Shown in pieces: positions 16,940 through 27,573 of a DNA stretch of 32,000 nucleotides (its first letter is position 1; each line of letters starts with the position of its first letter). The stretch lies in the NCBI RefSeq assembly GCF_000341895.1, contig NC_020409.1, forward strand, positions 3,482,411 through 3,514,410, given 5' to 3'. A program made the position numbers and the translations under genes. Origin of the DNA: Pseudodesulfovibrio piezophilus C1TLV30. Lineage in GTDB: Bacteria > Desulfobacterota > Desulfovibrionia > Desulfovibrionales > Desulfovibrionaceae. The notes under the pieces are model-generated. The model had not been told where the DNA came from. It was given only the letters and a program-made list of their open reading frames with translations, and ran no database searches.

Positions 16940-17648
16940 TATGCTTGAACTCAAGAACGTCAACAGCTTCTACGGGAATATCCAGGCGTTGTATGACGTG
17001 AATCTTCATATAGATCGTGGTGAAATTATTACTTTGATCGGAGCGAATGGCGCGGGTAAATCCACTACATTGATGACTGTTTGTGGTGTGGTTCAGGCCC
17101 GTACGGGGGCGGTGATCTATGAAGATGAAGAGATCACCAAAATGCCGCCGAACAAGATTGTCGCACAGGGCATCTGCCAGGTCCCGGAAGGGCGGTTGAT
17201 ATTTCCTGAATTGACAGTACAGGAAAACCTCGACATGGGCGCGTTCATGCGATCAGACAAGGCGGGAATAGCTCGAGATATGGATTATTCCTTCGAATTA
17301 TTCCCGATTTTGGCTGAACGGCGCAAGCAGCCTGGAGGGAATCTGTCCGGTGGAGAGCAACAAATGCTCGCTATTGCTCGTGCTCTCATGGCAAAACCGA
17401 AACTTTTGCTTCTGGATGAGCCATCCATGGGGCTGGCTCCTTTGGTTGTGAAACAAATTTTTGATATTATCAAAAAGGTGAACGCAGAAGCGGGAACGAC
17501 GATTTTCCTTGTGGAACAGAACGCGAACCTCGCGCTCAAAATAGGGCACCGAGGGTACGTCATGGAAAACGGGAGGATTGTGCTCTCCGATACCTGCGAC
17601 AAGCTCATGGCGAATGAGCAGGTGAAAAAGGCCTACCTGGGCCTGTAA
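16932..17648 (+). CDS. livF: Branched-chain amino acid ABC transporter ATPase LivF
   Basis: Walker A GANGAGKST, LSGGEQQMLAIARAL, LLLLDEPS. ATG 16932 overlaps the livG end by 8 nt. Confidence 0.9.
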   Translation: MTNMLELKNVNSFYGNIQALYDVNLHIDRGEIITLIGANGAGKSTTLMTVCGVVQARTGAVIYEDEEITKMPPNKIVAQGICQVPEGRLIFPELTVQENLDMGAFMRSDKAGIARDMDYSFELFPILAERRKQPGGNLSGGEQQMLAIARALMAKPKLLLLDEPSMGLAPLVVKQIFDIIKKVNAEAGTTIFLVEQNANLALKIGHRGYVMENGRIVLSDTCDKLMANEQVKKAYLGL

Positions 17649-17657
17649 AGGAACCAA

Positions 17658-17690
17658 GAAGGCCGGACGGAAACGTCCGGCCTTCTTCGT
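17658..17690 (+). terminator. Rho-independent terminator after livF
   Basis: 12-bp stem GAAGGCCGGACG/CGTCCGGCCTTC with a GAAA tetraloop (17658-17685), followed by a TTCGT tail with a weak U-tract. Confidence 0.65.
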
Positions 17691-17817
17691 AATGATTGCT
17701 GACAGGGTGACAAGGATGCAGAGCGCAATACATGAACCTTTTATTATAAAGTGAACCACCGGGTCATTTTTATTCGCTCCACCCTCGTGCCTTTGTTGAC
17801 AATCGGATATACATTGA

Positions 17818-19299
<1,482 letters not shown>

Positions 19300-19329
19300 G
19301 TCCCGGATTGGATTGAGATTGTAATTGTT

Positions 19330-19363
19330 CTGGGGGAAAACTTTTGACGAGGTTTTCCCCCAG
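19330..19363 (+). terminator. Hairpin 30 nt downstream of guaB (possible partial terminator or processing site)
   Basis: Perfect 12-bp stem CTGGGGGAAAAC/GTTTTCCCCCAG with a 10-nt loop and no clear U-tract after it. Confidence 0.4.
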
Positions 19364-19589
19364 AGCTTCTTGAAGTCATTTTTATGTGGCGAAAAGTGAG
19401 TGTTGGAAGTTTGCGGGAAAAGTTTGTTGGTGGGAAGGTCGAAGCTGTTTCGTTGGTTCCAGGCAAAAAGCCATTGATCAGTCAAAGTGTATTTCATACT
19501 GATGCTGAATAGGGTATGGTATGAGGTGCAAAGGCAGGTGGGGCTATTATTTCTTTTCATTTTATCCTTTGTGAATTAGAGAGAACGTC

Positions 19590-21134
19590 ATGCACGAAAA
19601 TAGAGTACTTATTTTAGATTTTGGTAGTCAGTTTACCCAGCTTATCGCACGTCGAGTGCGTGAGGCGGGCATTTATTCCGAGATACATCCCTGCAACGTC
19701 GATCCCGAACGGGTCAAGGCATTCAAACCGTCCGCATTGATTTTGTCGGGCGGCCCATCCAGTGTGCTGGAGGGCGGATGTCCTGACCTGAATATGGAAT
19801 ACATGGAGATGGGTATTCCGGTGCTCGGCATCTGTTATGGAATGCAGCTTCTGGCCCACAAGCTGGGAGGCAAGGTGGTCTCATCAACCGATCGTGAATA
19901 TGGCCGCGCCCAGTTCACGGGACAAAACGATTGTCCGCTCTTTGATGGTATTGAAGAGAAGGATGATCTCACTGTTTGGATGTCTCATGGCGATCGTGTT
20001 GAGGGATTGCCTGAAGGCTTTGTCCCCATGGGCAAGACAGATTCCATCGAGTTCGCTGCGATGGGAAATGTGGCAAAGAAAATCTATGCGTTGCAATTTC
20101 ATCCTGAAGTGGCCCACACCACAGACGGTGCGACCATTATCCAGAATTTTCTTTTCAAAGTCGCAGGGCTCGAAGCATCCTGGTCTATGGCGTCTTTTGT
20201 GGATACCTGTATCGCAGATCTCAAGAAACAGGTCGGTGATGATAAAGTCGTTTTAGGCTTGTCTGGGGGTATTGATTCCACTGTAGCCGCTGTTCTTCTT
20301 CATCGAGCCATCGGTCCGAACCTGCACTGCATTTTTGTTGATAACGGGTTGCTCCGCATGGGAGAGAAGGAAGAAGTTGTCGGTTTCCTTGCCGAACATT
20401 TTGACCTCAATGTCAAATTCGTGGATGCGGCCCAGGAATTCCTGGATGACCTCAAAGGCGTTGAAGACCCGGAAAAGAAGCGTAAGCTCATCGGATATAA
20501 ATTTATCGAGGTTTTTGATCGCGAGGCCAAGGCTATTGATGGCGTCAAATTCCTTGGGCAGGGAACCCTGTATCCGGATGTCATCGAGTCTGAATCCTTC
20601 AAGGGACCTTCTGCTGTCATTAAATCCCACCACAATGTGGGGGGATTGCCTGAAAAAATGAATTTGAAGTTGGTTGAGCCGTTGCGGGAGCTGTTTAAAG
20701 ATGAAGTTCGTCGTGCAGCTTATGAATTGGGGTTGCCTGAACATATTATCTGGCGTCAACCTTTCCCCGGTCCGGGGCTGTCCATTCGCATTATCGGCGA
20801 AGTGACAGAGGAACGTTTGGAGATATTGCGTCTTGCTGACAGGATCGTGCAGAATGAAATGGTTGCATCGGATTGGTATCGTAAGGTATGGCAAGGGTTT
20901 GCCGTGCTGTTGCCACTCAAGACTGTCGGTGTCATGGGCGATGATCGTACATATGAAAATGTTATAGCATTGAGGATAGTTGATTCTCTGGATGCCATGA
21001 CAGCGGATTGGTCCCGTTTGCCAAGCGAGCTGCTTGCGCGCATGTCAAATCGGATTATTAATGAGGTCAAGGGTGTGAACAGAGTGGTTCTGGATATTTC
21101 ATCCAAGCCGCCGAGCACCATTGAGTGGGAATAG
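19590..21134 (+). CDS. guaA: GMP synthase (glutamine-hydrolysing)
   Basis: 514 aa. Class I GATase (GICYGMQ), ATP-pyrophosphatase SGGIDS motif, C-terminal PPSTIEWE. Confidence 0.97.
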   Translation: MHENRVLILDFGSQFTQLIARRVREAGIYSEIHPCNVDPERVKAFKPSALILSGGPSSVLEGGCPDLNMEYMEMGIPVLGICYGMQLLAHKLGGKVVSSTDREYGRAQFTGQNDCPLFDGIEEKDDLTVWMSHGDRVEGLPEGFVPMGKTDSIEFAAMGNVAKKIYALQFHPEVAHTTDGATIIQNFLFKVAGLEASWSMASFVDTCIADLKKQVGDDKVVLGLSGGIDSTVAAVLLHRAIGPNLHCIFVDNGLLRMGEKEEVVGFLAEHFDLNVKFVDAAQEFLDDLKGVEDPEKKRKLIGYKFIEVFDREAKAIDGVKFLGQGTLYPDVIESESFKGPSAVIKSHHNVGGLPEKMNLKLVEPLRELFKDEVRRAAYELGLPEHIIWRQPFPGPGLSIRIIGEVTEERLEILRLADRIVQNEMVASDWYRKVWQGFAVLLPLKTVGVMGDDRTYENVIALRIVDSLDAMTADWSRLPSELLARMSNRIINEVKGVNRVVLDISSKPPSTIEWE

Positions 21135-21189
21135 CCGGAGCTGGTATTCTCAGTTATGGCAAGACGGTTGCCGGTAGACAATGAACGAT

Positions 21190-21212
21190 CGTATCAAGAA
21201 TGCCTTGATACG
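21190..21212 (+). terminator. Hairpin downstream of guaA (weak terminator candidate or protein-binding palindrome)
   Basis: Perfect 9-bp stem CGTATCAAG/CTTGATACG with a 5-nt loop and no U-tract. Confidence 0.3.
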
Positions 21213-21383
21213 GTAGTGTCAAGCTGCGCGAGTCTGGAAGGAAGGGTGATCGGTCGCTCCATATTGAGCCATCATTGGCTTGTTAATGAGTGGACTCTCC
21301 ACTAAGCGGTTCCGATCCTCTTCCATCGTTCAGGTTCCCTATGAGGCATCCGGGACACTTAACTGCCTTTGAAAGGATTGCAT

Positions 21384-21785
21384 ATGTTTGGAGTAGGCGG
21401 ACCCGAATTACTGATTATCTGTGTAGTGGCGCTTATTGTCATCGGTCCCAAGAAATTGCCTGAATTATTGCGCTCTCTTGGTAAGGGCGTCGCCGAGTTC
21501 AAGCGAGTGGGCAATGACGTGAAGTCCACTTTGGATGAGGAAGTCAGCAAGGCTGAAACCGAAGCGCGTAAACGTGAAGTGGATGAGGAACTTGCTCGGC
21601 GTCGGACCGAAAAAGCCAATCAGGAAGCAGATGCGGCCGAAGCAGCGGCTGAAAATGCGAAGATTGCAGCAGCATCGGCCAAAGCAGATCTTGAAAAGGT
21701 GCAAAGCGGCAGTGAGCCAGAGGCTGGTTCAACCCCGGAGTCTGCGGAACAGAGCGCTCCAGAGACCGCGAAAAATAAGGCCTAG
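21384..21785 (+). CDS. Twin-arginine translocase TatA/TatB-family protein (TatB-like by length and position upstream of tatC)
   Basis: [41 protein letters not shown] is a TM helix plus an amphipathic helix, followed by a charged Ala/Glu-rich tail. AAAGGA SD before ATG 21384. Confidence 0.8.
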   Translation: MFGVGGPELLIICVVALIVIGPKKLPELLRSLGKGVAEFKRVGNDVKSTLDEEVSKAETEARKREVDEELARRRTEKANQEADAAEAAAENAKIAAASAKADLEKVQSGSEPEAGSTPESAEQSAPETAKNKA

Positions 21786-21791
21786 ATTCAC

Positions 21792-23036
21792 ATGAGTTCC
21801 GAAAAAGACGATGTGAAGGGTGTCGATGTACAAGAAACCGTGAAAAAGGTTTCCGACGATGATCCCTCTCTGGACGAAGCCGGTATGACGATGGACGAAG
21901 GTGAGGCTGTTCAGCCTGAAGCGGAAGCCAGCGACTCCGGTGACGGCGGAGGAGATGACGATGGTCCGGTTTCTTCGAGCCAACCGGATTCGGATGACGC
22001 AGGGAAGATCCCTGAGGGGAGTACCACTCCTCACGATGAAGAGGCCGAGGAGGATGATGTTGAAGAAGAGGGACATATGTCTCTGCTTGATCATCTTGGG
22101 GAACTTCGTCTTCGTTTGACCAGGGCTTTTATTGCTGTCGCAGTCGGAATGGTGGCCTGTTACGGTTTCGCGGACAAGCTTTTCGATATTCTCATGCAGC
22201 CCATGATTGATGTTTTTCAAAAGCAGATGGCCGAGCACCCGCTTTTGCCCATTGGCTTTTATGAAGACCTGAGGAAAGTCCTTTCGGATTTGATGGTTGC
22301 TCAAGGGATGCAGCACGCTGATAAAGTTGATATTTTTGTCAATGGGCTGCAAAAGGCACTGATGCAGGTCGCCCAGGAAGGGCATTTCCAGTATACCTAC
22401 CCAGCAGAAGCTTTTTTCTCTCATATTAAAATTTCCATTGTCGCTGGTCTCTTTTTGGTGAGTCCATATGTCTTTGCGCAAATCTGGGGATTCATAGCTC
22501 CGGGGCTGTACGCTCATGAGCGTAAGTGGATGATCCCTATGGCTGTTATTTCAGCCTTGTTTTTTACTGCTGGTGGATTGTTTGGGTATTTTATTGTTTT
22601 CCCTTATGGGTTTGAATTTTTTGCCGGATTCGCTTCCAATGGCATCCAATTTACTCCCAAACTGAACGAGTATCTGAGCTTTTGCCTGAAGCTTCTCTTT
22701 GCATTTGGTTTTGTCTTTGAACTTCCTTTATTTATCTTTTTCCTGGCTCGTCTTGGTATGGTTTCATCCAAGACTCTGCGGGAAAAGCGGAAGTATGCGA
22801 TATTAATTGGGTTTGTCGTGGCAGCAATTTTGACACCACCTGATCCATTTACTCAATGTCTGATGGCCGGACCGCTGATCATGCTTTATGAACTCGGAAT
22901 ATGGGTCGCCTTTTTCTTTGGCAAGAAGGAAAAGCGCCATTTGAAAAAGCAGGCAGAGGCTGAAGCCGCCAGGATGGCTGATCTTGATAAAGCTGCGACA
23001 CCCCAAGCCACCTCTGAAGGTGAAGAAGTGTCATGA
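21792..23036 (+). CDS. tatC: Twin-arginine translocase subunit TatC, with a possible 95-aa acidic N-terminal extension (alternative canonical start at ATG 22077)
   Basis: From M96 the sequence MSLLDHLGELRLRLTRAF... aligns with the E. coli TatC N-terminus. Further TatC-like stretches include APGLYAHERK, FELPLFIFFLARLG and ILTPPDPFTQ. The reading frame stays open back to ATG 21792, 7 nt after the tatB-like stop. Confidence 0.88.
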   Translation: MSSEKDDVKGVDVQETVKKVSDDDPSLDEAGMTMDEGEAVQPEAEASDSGDGGGDDDGPVSSSQPDSDDAGKIPEGSTTPHDEEAEEDDVEEEGHMSLLDHLGELRLRLTRAFIAVAVGMVACYGFADKLFDILMQPMIDVFQKQMAEHPLLPIGFYEDLRKVLSDLMVAQGMQHADKVDIFVNGLQKALMQVAQEGHFQYTYPAEAFFSHIKISIVAGLFLVSPYVFAQIWGFIAPGLYAHERKWMIPMAVISALFFTAGGLFGYFIVFPYGFEFFAGFASNGIQFTPKLNEYLSFCLKLLFAFGFVFELPLFIFFLARLGMVSSKTLREKRKYAILIGFVVAAILTPPDPFTQCLMAGPLIMLYELGIWVAFFFGKKEKRHLKKQAEAEAARMADLDKAATPQATSEGEEVS

Positions 23037-23146
23037 TTCTCTCGGGCAGGGCTTCGTGAGCCAGTCTGCTCCGGTTTTCTTTTCCAGTTATTTACTATAC
23101 AGTTACGCTCTCAACCGCACAGAGCAGTGAAAAAAAGGAGTGCGCC

Positions 23147-23734
23147 ATGGGCACGCGCAAAGCCATGGTGGAGAGAGCCACCAATGAAACAGACATCTCG
23201 CTTTCCCTCAATATTGATGGAGAGGGGAGAGTTAATGTTGATACTGGGATTGGTTTTGCCGATCACATGTTGACCTTATGCGCCTTCTGGGCCGGGTTTG
23301 ATCTTGATCTGACTTGCAAAGGCGATCTTGAAATTGATACCCATCATTCTTTGGAAGACATTGGCCTCTGCCTGGGGCAGGCGTTTTCTGAAGCCTTGGG
23401 AGACAAAAAAGGAATAGTTCGGGTAGCCTCAGCCAAGGTTCCCATGGACGAAGCCTTGGCAGAAGTAGTGATAGATATTTCTGGGCGTCCGTATATCGTG
23501 TACGATGATACTTTACTGCCCGCTCTCATTGCCGGGGACGAAAAAGATGTCTGGCGCGAATTTCTTAAATCTTTTGCCTTTAAGGCCGGAATGAATTTGC
23601 ATGTCAAATTCGAGTACGGTTGTAATGGACATCATCTGCTGGAAGCCGTTTTTAAAGCTCTGGGGATAGCCCTTGCCCAAGCAGTGCACATTGGTCGTAA
23701 AGGCGTTTCCAGCACCAAAGGGAGTCTTGACTAA
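23147..23734 (+). CDS. hisB: Imidazoleglycerol-phosphate dehydratase
   Basis: 195 aa. [24 protein letters not shown] and [10 protein letters not shown] are IGPD motifs. AGGAG SD upstream. Confidence 0.95.
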   Translation: MGTRKAMVERATNETDISLSLNIDGEGRVNVDTGIGFADHMLTLCAFWAGFDLDLTCKGDLEIDTHHSLEDIGLCLGQAFSEALGDKKGIVRVASAKVPMDEALAEVVIDISGRPYIVYDDTLLPALIAGDEKDVWREFLKSFAFKAGMNLHVKFEYGCNGHHLLEAVFKALGIALAQAVHIGRKGVSSTKGSLD

Positions 23735-24387
23735 TGCAACGTTTTTCCTCGATTTTCCCCGTAGTTACTGTACTGTTTTGTATGCTCCTCATAGCTGGAT
23801 GTGCACCGAAAATGCGTTCTGCAGCAGTGCCTCGTCCTGAAGGGAAGCTGGCTGTGGCCGGATTCTCCAACCCGGTTTATAACTGGCAGATTCTTGCTGG
23901 ATACCTGGCGGAGGAAGGACACCCTGTACCTGACGGGACGGTTGAGACGCTTGATGCGGTCTTGGTAGATACTCTGGCTCGTCATCAAGTTTTCGACTAC
24001 ATTACTCCAGCTGCCGTGAAGCAGTGTGAAGATGTTGTCGTCTTTGAAGAGTCTGGTTTGCCTAAGGTTTCAGCCTGGAAGTATTGGCTTGGTGTTGGCA
24101 AGTGCATCCAGGCAGATTATTTGCTGGTTCCGCAGATTACTTACTGGCGCGAGAGAGTGGGGAGCGATGCGGGGGTGCAGACTCCGGCATCAGTGGCCCT
24201 TGATTTTTACCTTATTGATGTAAAAAATGAACGGATGACTCGATCCCGGTATGAGGAAACTCAGGAGTCTCTTTTGGAAAATCTGTTCACTGCCCGCAAG
24301 TTTGCCAAACGTGGTGGGAAATGGGTTACCGCGACACGCTTGGCATCTGATGGTATTGAAGAAAAACTTATGGAACTCGGTTTATGA
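23734..24387 (+). CDS. Uncharacterised lipoprotein, translationally coupled between hisB and hisA
   Basis: Signal peptide with lipobox LLIAGC (Cys23). The start overlaps the hisB stop (TAATG) and the stop overlaps the hisA start (ATGA). Confidence 0.7.
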   Translation: MQRFSSIFPVVTVLFCMLLIAGCAPKMRSAAVPRPEGKLAVAGFSNPVYNWQILAGYLAEEGHPVPDGTVETLDAVLVDTLARHQVFDYITPAAVKQCEDVVVFEESGLPKVSAWKYWLGVGKCIQADYLLVPQITYWRERVGSDAGVQTPASVALDFYLIDVKNERMTRSRYEETQESLLENLFTARKFAKRGGKWVTATRLASDGIEEKLMELGL

Positions 24388-25112
24388 TTCTTTTTCCGGC
24401 TGTAGATATCAAGAATGGTGAGTGTGTTCGTCTTGCACAAGGCAAGGAAGACCAGGTTACTGTCTTCGGTTCAGACCCTGTTGCTCAGGCTCGTATATGG
24501 GAATCTCTCGGCGCACGTTTTCTCCATGTCGTCGATCTTGACGGTGCATTTTCCGGTATTCCGAAAAATTTCGACCTTATAAAGTCTATCTGTACAGAGC
24601 TAACAATTCCGGTACAACTCGGTGGTGGTATCAGGGATATTGAGACTGCCCAGAAATATATTGAGGCCGGTGTTTCTCGACTGATCATCGGCACCATGGC
24701 TCTTGAAGACCCCGATATGTTTTCCGCTTTGTGTCAAGCCCTTCCTGGGAAGATCGGCGTTTCCCTAGACGCCGTTGATGGGCAACTCAAGAGCAAGGGG
24801 TGGGTTGAAGATGCCGGATTAACCATGGATGATGTCCTGCCCCGTTTGGAAACAGATGGGATTCGATTTATCGTCTACACGGATATTTCCCGCGATGGCA
24901 TGCAAACAGGGGTCAATGTCGCTGGGTTGACAGCACTGTGTAGTCAAACTTCAGTGCCGGTCATAGCTGCTGGTGGTGTCCACACACTCGATGATATCAA
25001 GAATTTGTATCCACTCTCTCACAAGGGATTGGAGGGGGCTATTTCCGGGCGTGCCGTGTATGTCGGCACCCTTGATCTCAAAGAAGCAAATTCCTGGATT
25101 GACGCTCAATAA
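24384..25112 (+). CDS. hisA: ProFAR isomerase: 1-(5-phosphoribosyl)-5-[(5-phosphoribosylamino)methylideneamino]imidazole-4-carboxamide isomerase
   Basis: [18 protein letters not shown]-terminus and the (beta/alpha)8 HisA/HisF motifs GGGIRD and IAAGGV. Confidence 0.95.
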   Translation: MILFPAVDIKNGECVRLAQGKEDQVTVFGSDPVAQARIWESLGARFLHVVDLDGAFSGIPKNFDLIKSICTELTIPVQLGGGIRDIETAQKYIEAGVSRLIIGTMALEDPDMFSALCQALPGKIGVSLDAVDGQLKSKGWVEDAGLTMDDVLPRLETDGIRFIVYTDISRDGMQTGVNVAGLTALCSQTSVPVIAAGGVHTLDDIKNLYPLSHKGLEGAISGRAVYVGTLDLKEANSWIDAQ

Positions 25113-25226
25113 GGAGTTCTGCTCTGTTGTTAGGTACCGCTCATTGAAGGTTGCCTGATGAGTGCCAGTATCCCCTGAGTTCAGTTTTCATGGGAGGCAA
25201 CAGCTCCCTGTATTTATAAGTATCAA

Positions 25227-25264
25227 GTCCCCCCTCTTCTTTTTTTGGAAGAGGGGGGACTTTT
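25227..25264 (+). terminator. Rho-independent terminator ending the tat-his transcription unit
   Basis: Perfect 13-bp stem GTCCCCCCTCTTC/GAAGAGGGGGGAC with an 8-nt loop, followed by TTTT. Confidence 0.85.
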
Positions 25265-25635
25265 AGAGAGGAGCCCGTCTGGAGAGGAAAGACAAGGGCT
25301 AGAGTTTTGGCCTGCTGGTGACTGCGGGGCTCATGAAGAAGCCGCCCATTCCATGAGTTTCAGACTGTTTTGTTCATAGTGACAATAGAGTCGGCAAAGC
25401 CAGCAGTGATCCTGTTCACCTGAGGGCCTTGAGAGAGTTCGTTCACTGTTACATATGGGTCATCTTTCTGGAGGCAGCGCAGAAGCGATGCCTTTTTTGC
25501 TTTCATGAAAGTGTGTCATGCGGCATCATTTCAGATTCACATCACGAACTGATGGCGACTAGGTCACCGGCAAACAGAGAATTGGTGACAAGTGAGTGAA
25601 AGCAAAGAGAGGGGAAATCTCGAGTGAAATAAGGT

Positions 25636-25661
25636 GCCGAGGGAAGTTCCCTTCCCCCGGC
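25636..25661 (-). terminator. Candidate terminator hairpin after the MscS-family gene
   Basis: GC-rich stem GCCGAGGGAAG/CTTCCCCCGGC (10 of 11 pairs) with a 3-nt loop, 14 nt beyond the stop. Poor U-tract. Confidence 0.4.
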
Positions 25662-25674
25662 AGTTGTCATCGTG

Positions 25675-26508
25675 TTACTTCTCGACAGTGTGTAAATGAA
25701 TGTCCTGTTGAGGGTAGGGGATACTGATTCCTTCCTGATCAAAGATGATTTTGACCTTTTCAGTGATGGCGTAATACACGGGCCAATAGTCTGATGTTTT
25801 GCACCAGGGGCGAACCACAAAATTGACCGAGGAATCGGCAAGTTCGAAAACTTCTATAACGGGTGCTGGGTCGGAAAGGATTCGAGGGTCTTCTGCAACT
25901 ATTTTCTTGAGAAGTTCCTTGGCCTTGAGAAGATCATCATCATATCCGATGCCCATCACTAGATCGACGCGTCGAGTTTCATTGGCTGTGACATTGACTA
26001 TGGTCGCAGAGAGGATGGCTCCATTGGGAACGATGACATTCTTGTTGTCTGGAGTGGTCAGAATGGTGTTGAAAATATTGATCGCTTTCACTGTGCCGGA
26101 TGTCCCGGCTACGGTGACATAGTCCCCTTTTTGAAAGAATTTGAGCAGGATGAGCATGACTCCGGCAGCGAAGTTGGACAAAGAATCCTTGAGGGCCAAA
26201 CCAACGGCTAAACCTGCTGCTCCAAGTACTGCGAGAAATGATGTGACGTTGACACCGGCCTGCCCCAGGGCGGCTATGACTACGGCTGCCAATAGAGTAT
26301 AATAGACGATATTGCGCAGAAAGCCGATGAGCGTCTCATCCACACGGGCTTTGAGTAAGAGGCGGCGCGCCAAGCTTGCGACATTTTTTGCCACAAGTCG
26401 TCCTACTATGAATATCAGGATGGCGATGAGAACATGAACGCCATGCACGGAAATGAGTTTTATACCTTCTTCAAGCAGTGTCTGAATGGTCTGTGGGTCG
26501 AGATTCAT
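25675..26508 (-). CDS. Small-conductance mechanosensitive channel (MscS family)
   Basis: 277 aa with three N-terminal TM helices, then the MscS beta-domain signature (GDYVTVAGTSGTVKAINIFNTILTTPDNKNVIVPNG). Confidence 0.9.
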   Translation of the reverse strand: MNLDPQTIQTLLEEGIKLISVHGVHVLIAILIFIVGRLVAKNVASLARRLLLKARVDETLIGFLRNIVYYTLLAAVVIAALGQAGVNVTSFLAVLGAAGLAVGLALKDSLSNFAAGVMLILLKFFQKGDYVTVAGTSGTVKAINIFNTILTTPDNKNVIVPNGAILSATIVNVTANETRRVDLVMGIGYDDDLLKAKELLKKIVAEDPRILSDPAPVIEVFELADSSVNFVVRPWCKTSDYWPVYYAITEKVKIIFDQEGISIPYPQQDIHLHTVEK

Positions 26509-26593
26509 CTATTCCTCCTGGTTCTCATGGATGTTATGTTGAGCGTGATTGTATCATACAATGTGAGGTGAAGAAATTGTGAAAGGGAAAAGA

Positions 26594-27352
26594 TCAAGGG
26601 GTGCCCCATTTGTTGGTTTCTTCAACTCGAATGTATTTTTGAAATGTATAGTAATACCCAGCCATGGCATTATAAAAACCAGCCTTGCCATCCAGAAACC
26701 CTGCCTTGAGAAAGTACAACTTGATGAATTTCATGGTGGCGTGGAGAATTCCAGCGCTCAGCCCTCCTTTTTTCCCTTTTTCTCGAAGCGATTTTGCACC
26801 TTCTTCTGCATAATAGTTGATCTTGTCCATATGTTGTTCAAATGATTCGTAGGGGTAATGCAGGATGTCACCCCGTAGTTGTGCAGTTTCTCCAAGTGGG
26901 GTGAAATGATAATGTGCACCGGATGCAGTCACTTGCATCTTTCCATGCCTGAAAAATCGGAAAAGGTAATCCGGGTACCAGCCCGAGTGTTTCATGAATC
27001 GATTGAAATAAAATGAGCTTCGGGGAGTATAATACCCGGCCAAGGAAACGTCCTCTGACAATTTATCAATAATATTGTGGCGTAGTTCATCCGTCAGATA
27101 TTCATCCTGATCAAGTGAGACTACCCAATCAGTCTGTATCTCTGACAAGGCAAGAGCGAATTGGGCGACCGGGCCGGGCCATGGGTTGATGATGATCCGT
27201 GCGCCAAATTCCTCTGCTATTTGGCGTGTCCGGTCTGTTGACTCAGAGTCGACCACAAGTATTTCGTCGCAAAAATCGAGTGATTTCAAGCAATTCTCAA
27301 GCAGTCGTTCGCCATTGTATGTCAGAACCAGGCCGGTCACGGTTTCACGCAT
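26594..27352 (-). CDS. Glycosyltransferase family 2 (LPS-core type, WaaE/KdtX-like)
   Basis: 252 aa. VTGLVLTYNGERLLENCLKSL..., ILVVDSESTDRT and SLDQDEY (DxD-type) motifs. Confidence 0.85.
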   Translation of the reverse strand: MRETVTGLVLTYNGERLLENCLKSLDFCDEILVVDSESTDRTRQIAEEFGARIIINPWPGPVAQFALALSEIQTDWVVSLDQDEYLTDELRHNIIDKLSEDVSLAGYYTPRSSFYFNRFMKHSGWYPDYLFRFFRHGKMQVTASGAHYHFTPLGETAQLRGDILHYPYESFEQHMDKINYYAEEGAKSLREKGKKGGLSAGILHATMKFIKLYFLKAGFLDGKAGFYNAMAGYYYTFQKYIRVEETNKWGTP

Positions 27353-27512
27353 TCATTTCTCCACGTTTTCTTAGGGGATTGAGAGGTGCGTATGGTAGCG
27401 GGTTCAGCTTTGCTGGTCCAATAAAAGATATGGCATCAAATAACAGAGGTGTTGCGGGTGATCCATGTTGTGGATGTTCAGAAGAAGCAAGAAGAGCAGG
27501 CAGATTATGGAC

Positions 27513-27548
27513 AATGAAAACGCCCTTCTTCATTGGAAGAAGGGCGTT
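27513..27548 (-). terminator. Rho-independent terminator after uraA
   Basis: Perfect 13-bp stem AACGCCCTTCTTC/GAAGAAGGGCGTT with a 4-nt loop. On the minus strand it is followed by TTTTCATTG. Confidence 0.7.
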
Positions 27549-27573
27549 GACAGATGGTTGTGATGGAAAATGG

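Noticed and set aside
20253-20894. 213-aa minus-strand ORF (and other 60-140 aa ORFs within 19614-21181)
   Set aside because: Antisense or out of frame relative to guaA, which is near-certain. No motifs.
21729-22517. 262-aa ORF on the minus strand
   Set aside because: It is entirely antisense to the tatC 5' region, whose sense frame has clear TatC homology. The GAN-rich acidic codons leave the antisense frame open by chance, and the product has no recognisable motifs.
25284-25299. GAGGAAAG...GGGC string resembling the RNase P RNA conserved GAGGAAAGUCCGGGC box, in a 370-nt intergenic region
   Set aside because: The match breaks after GAGGAAAG, and none of the other RNase P conserved blocks are present nearby.
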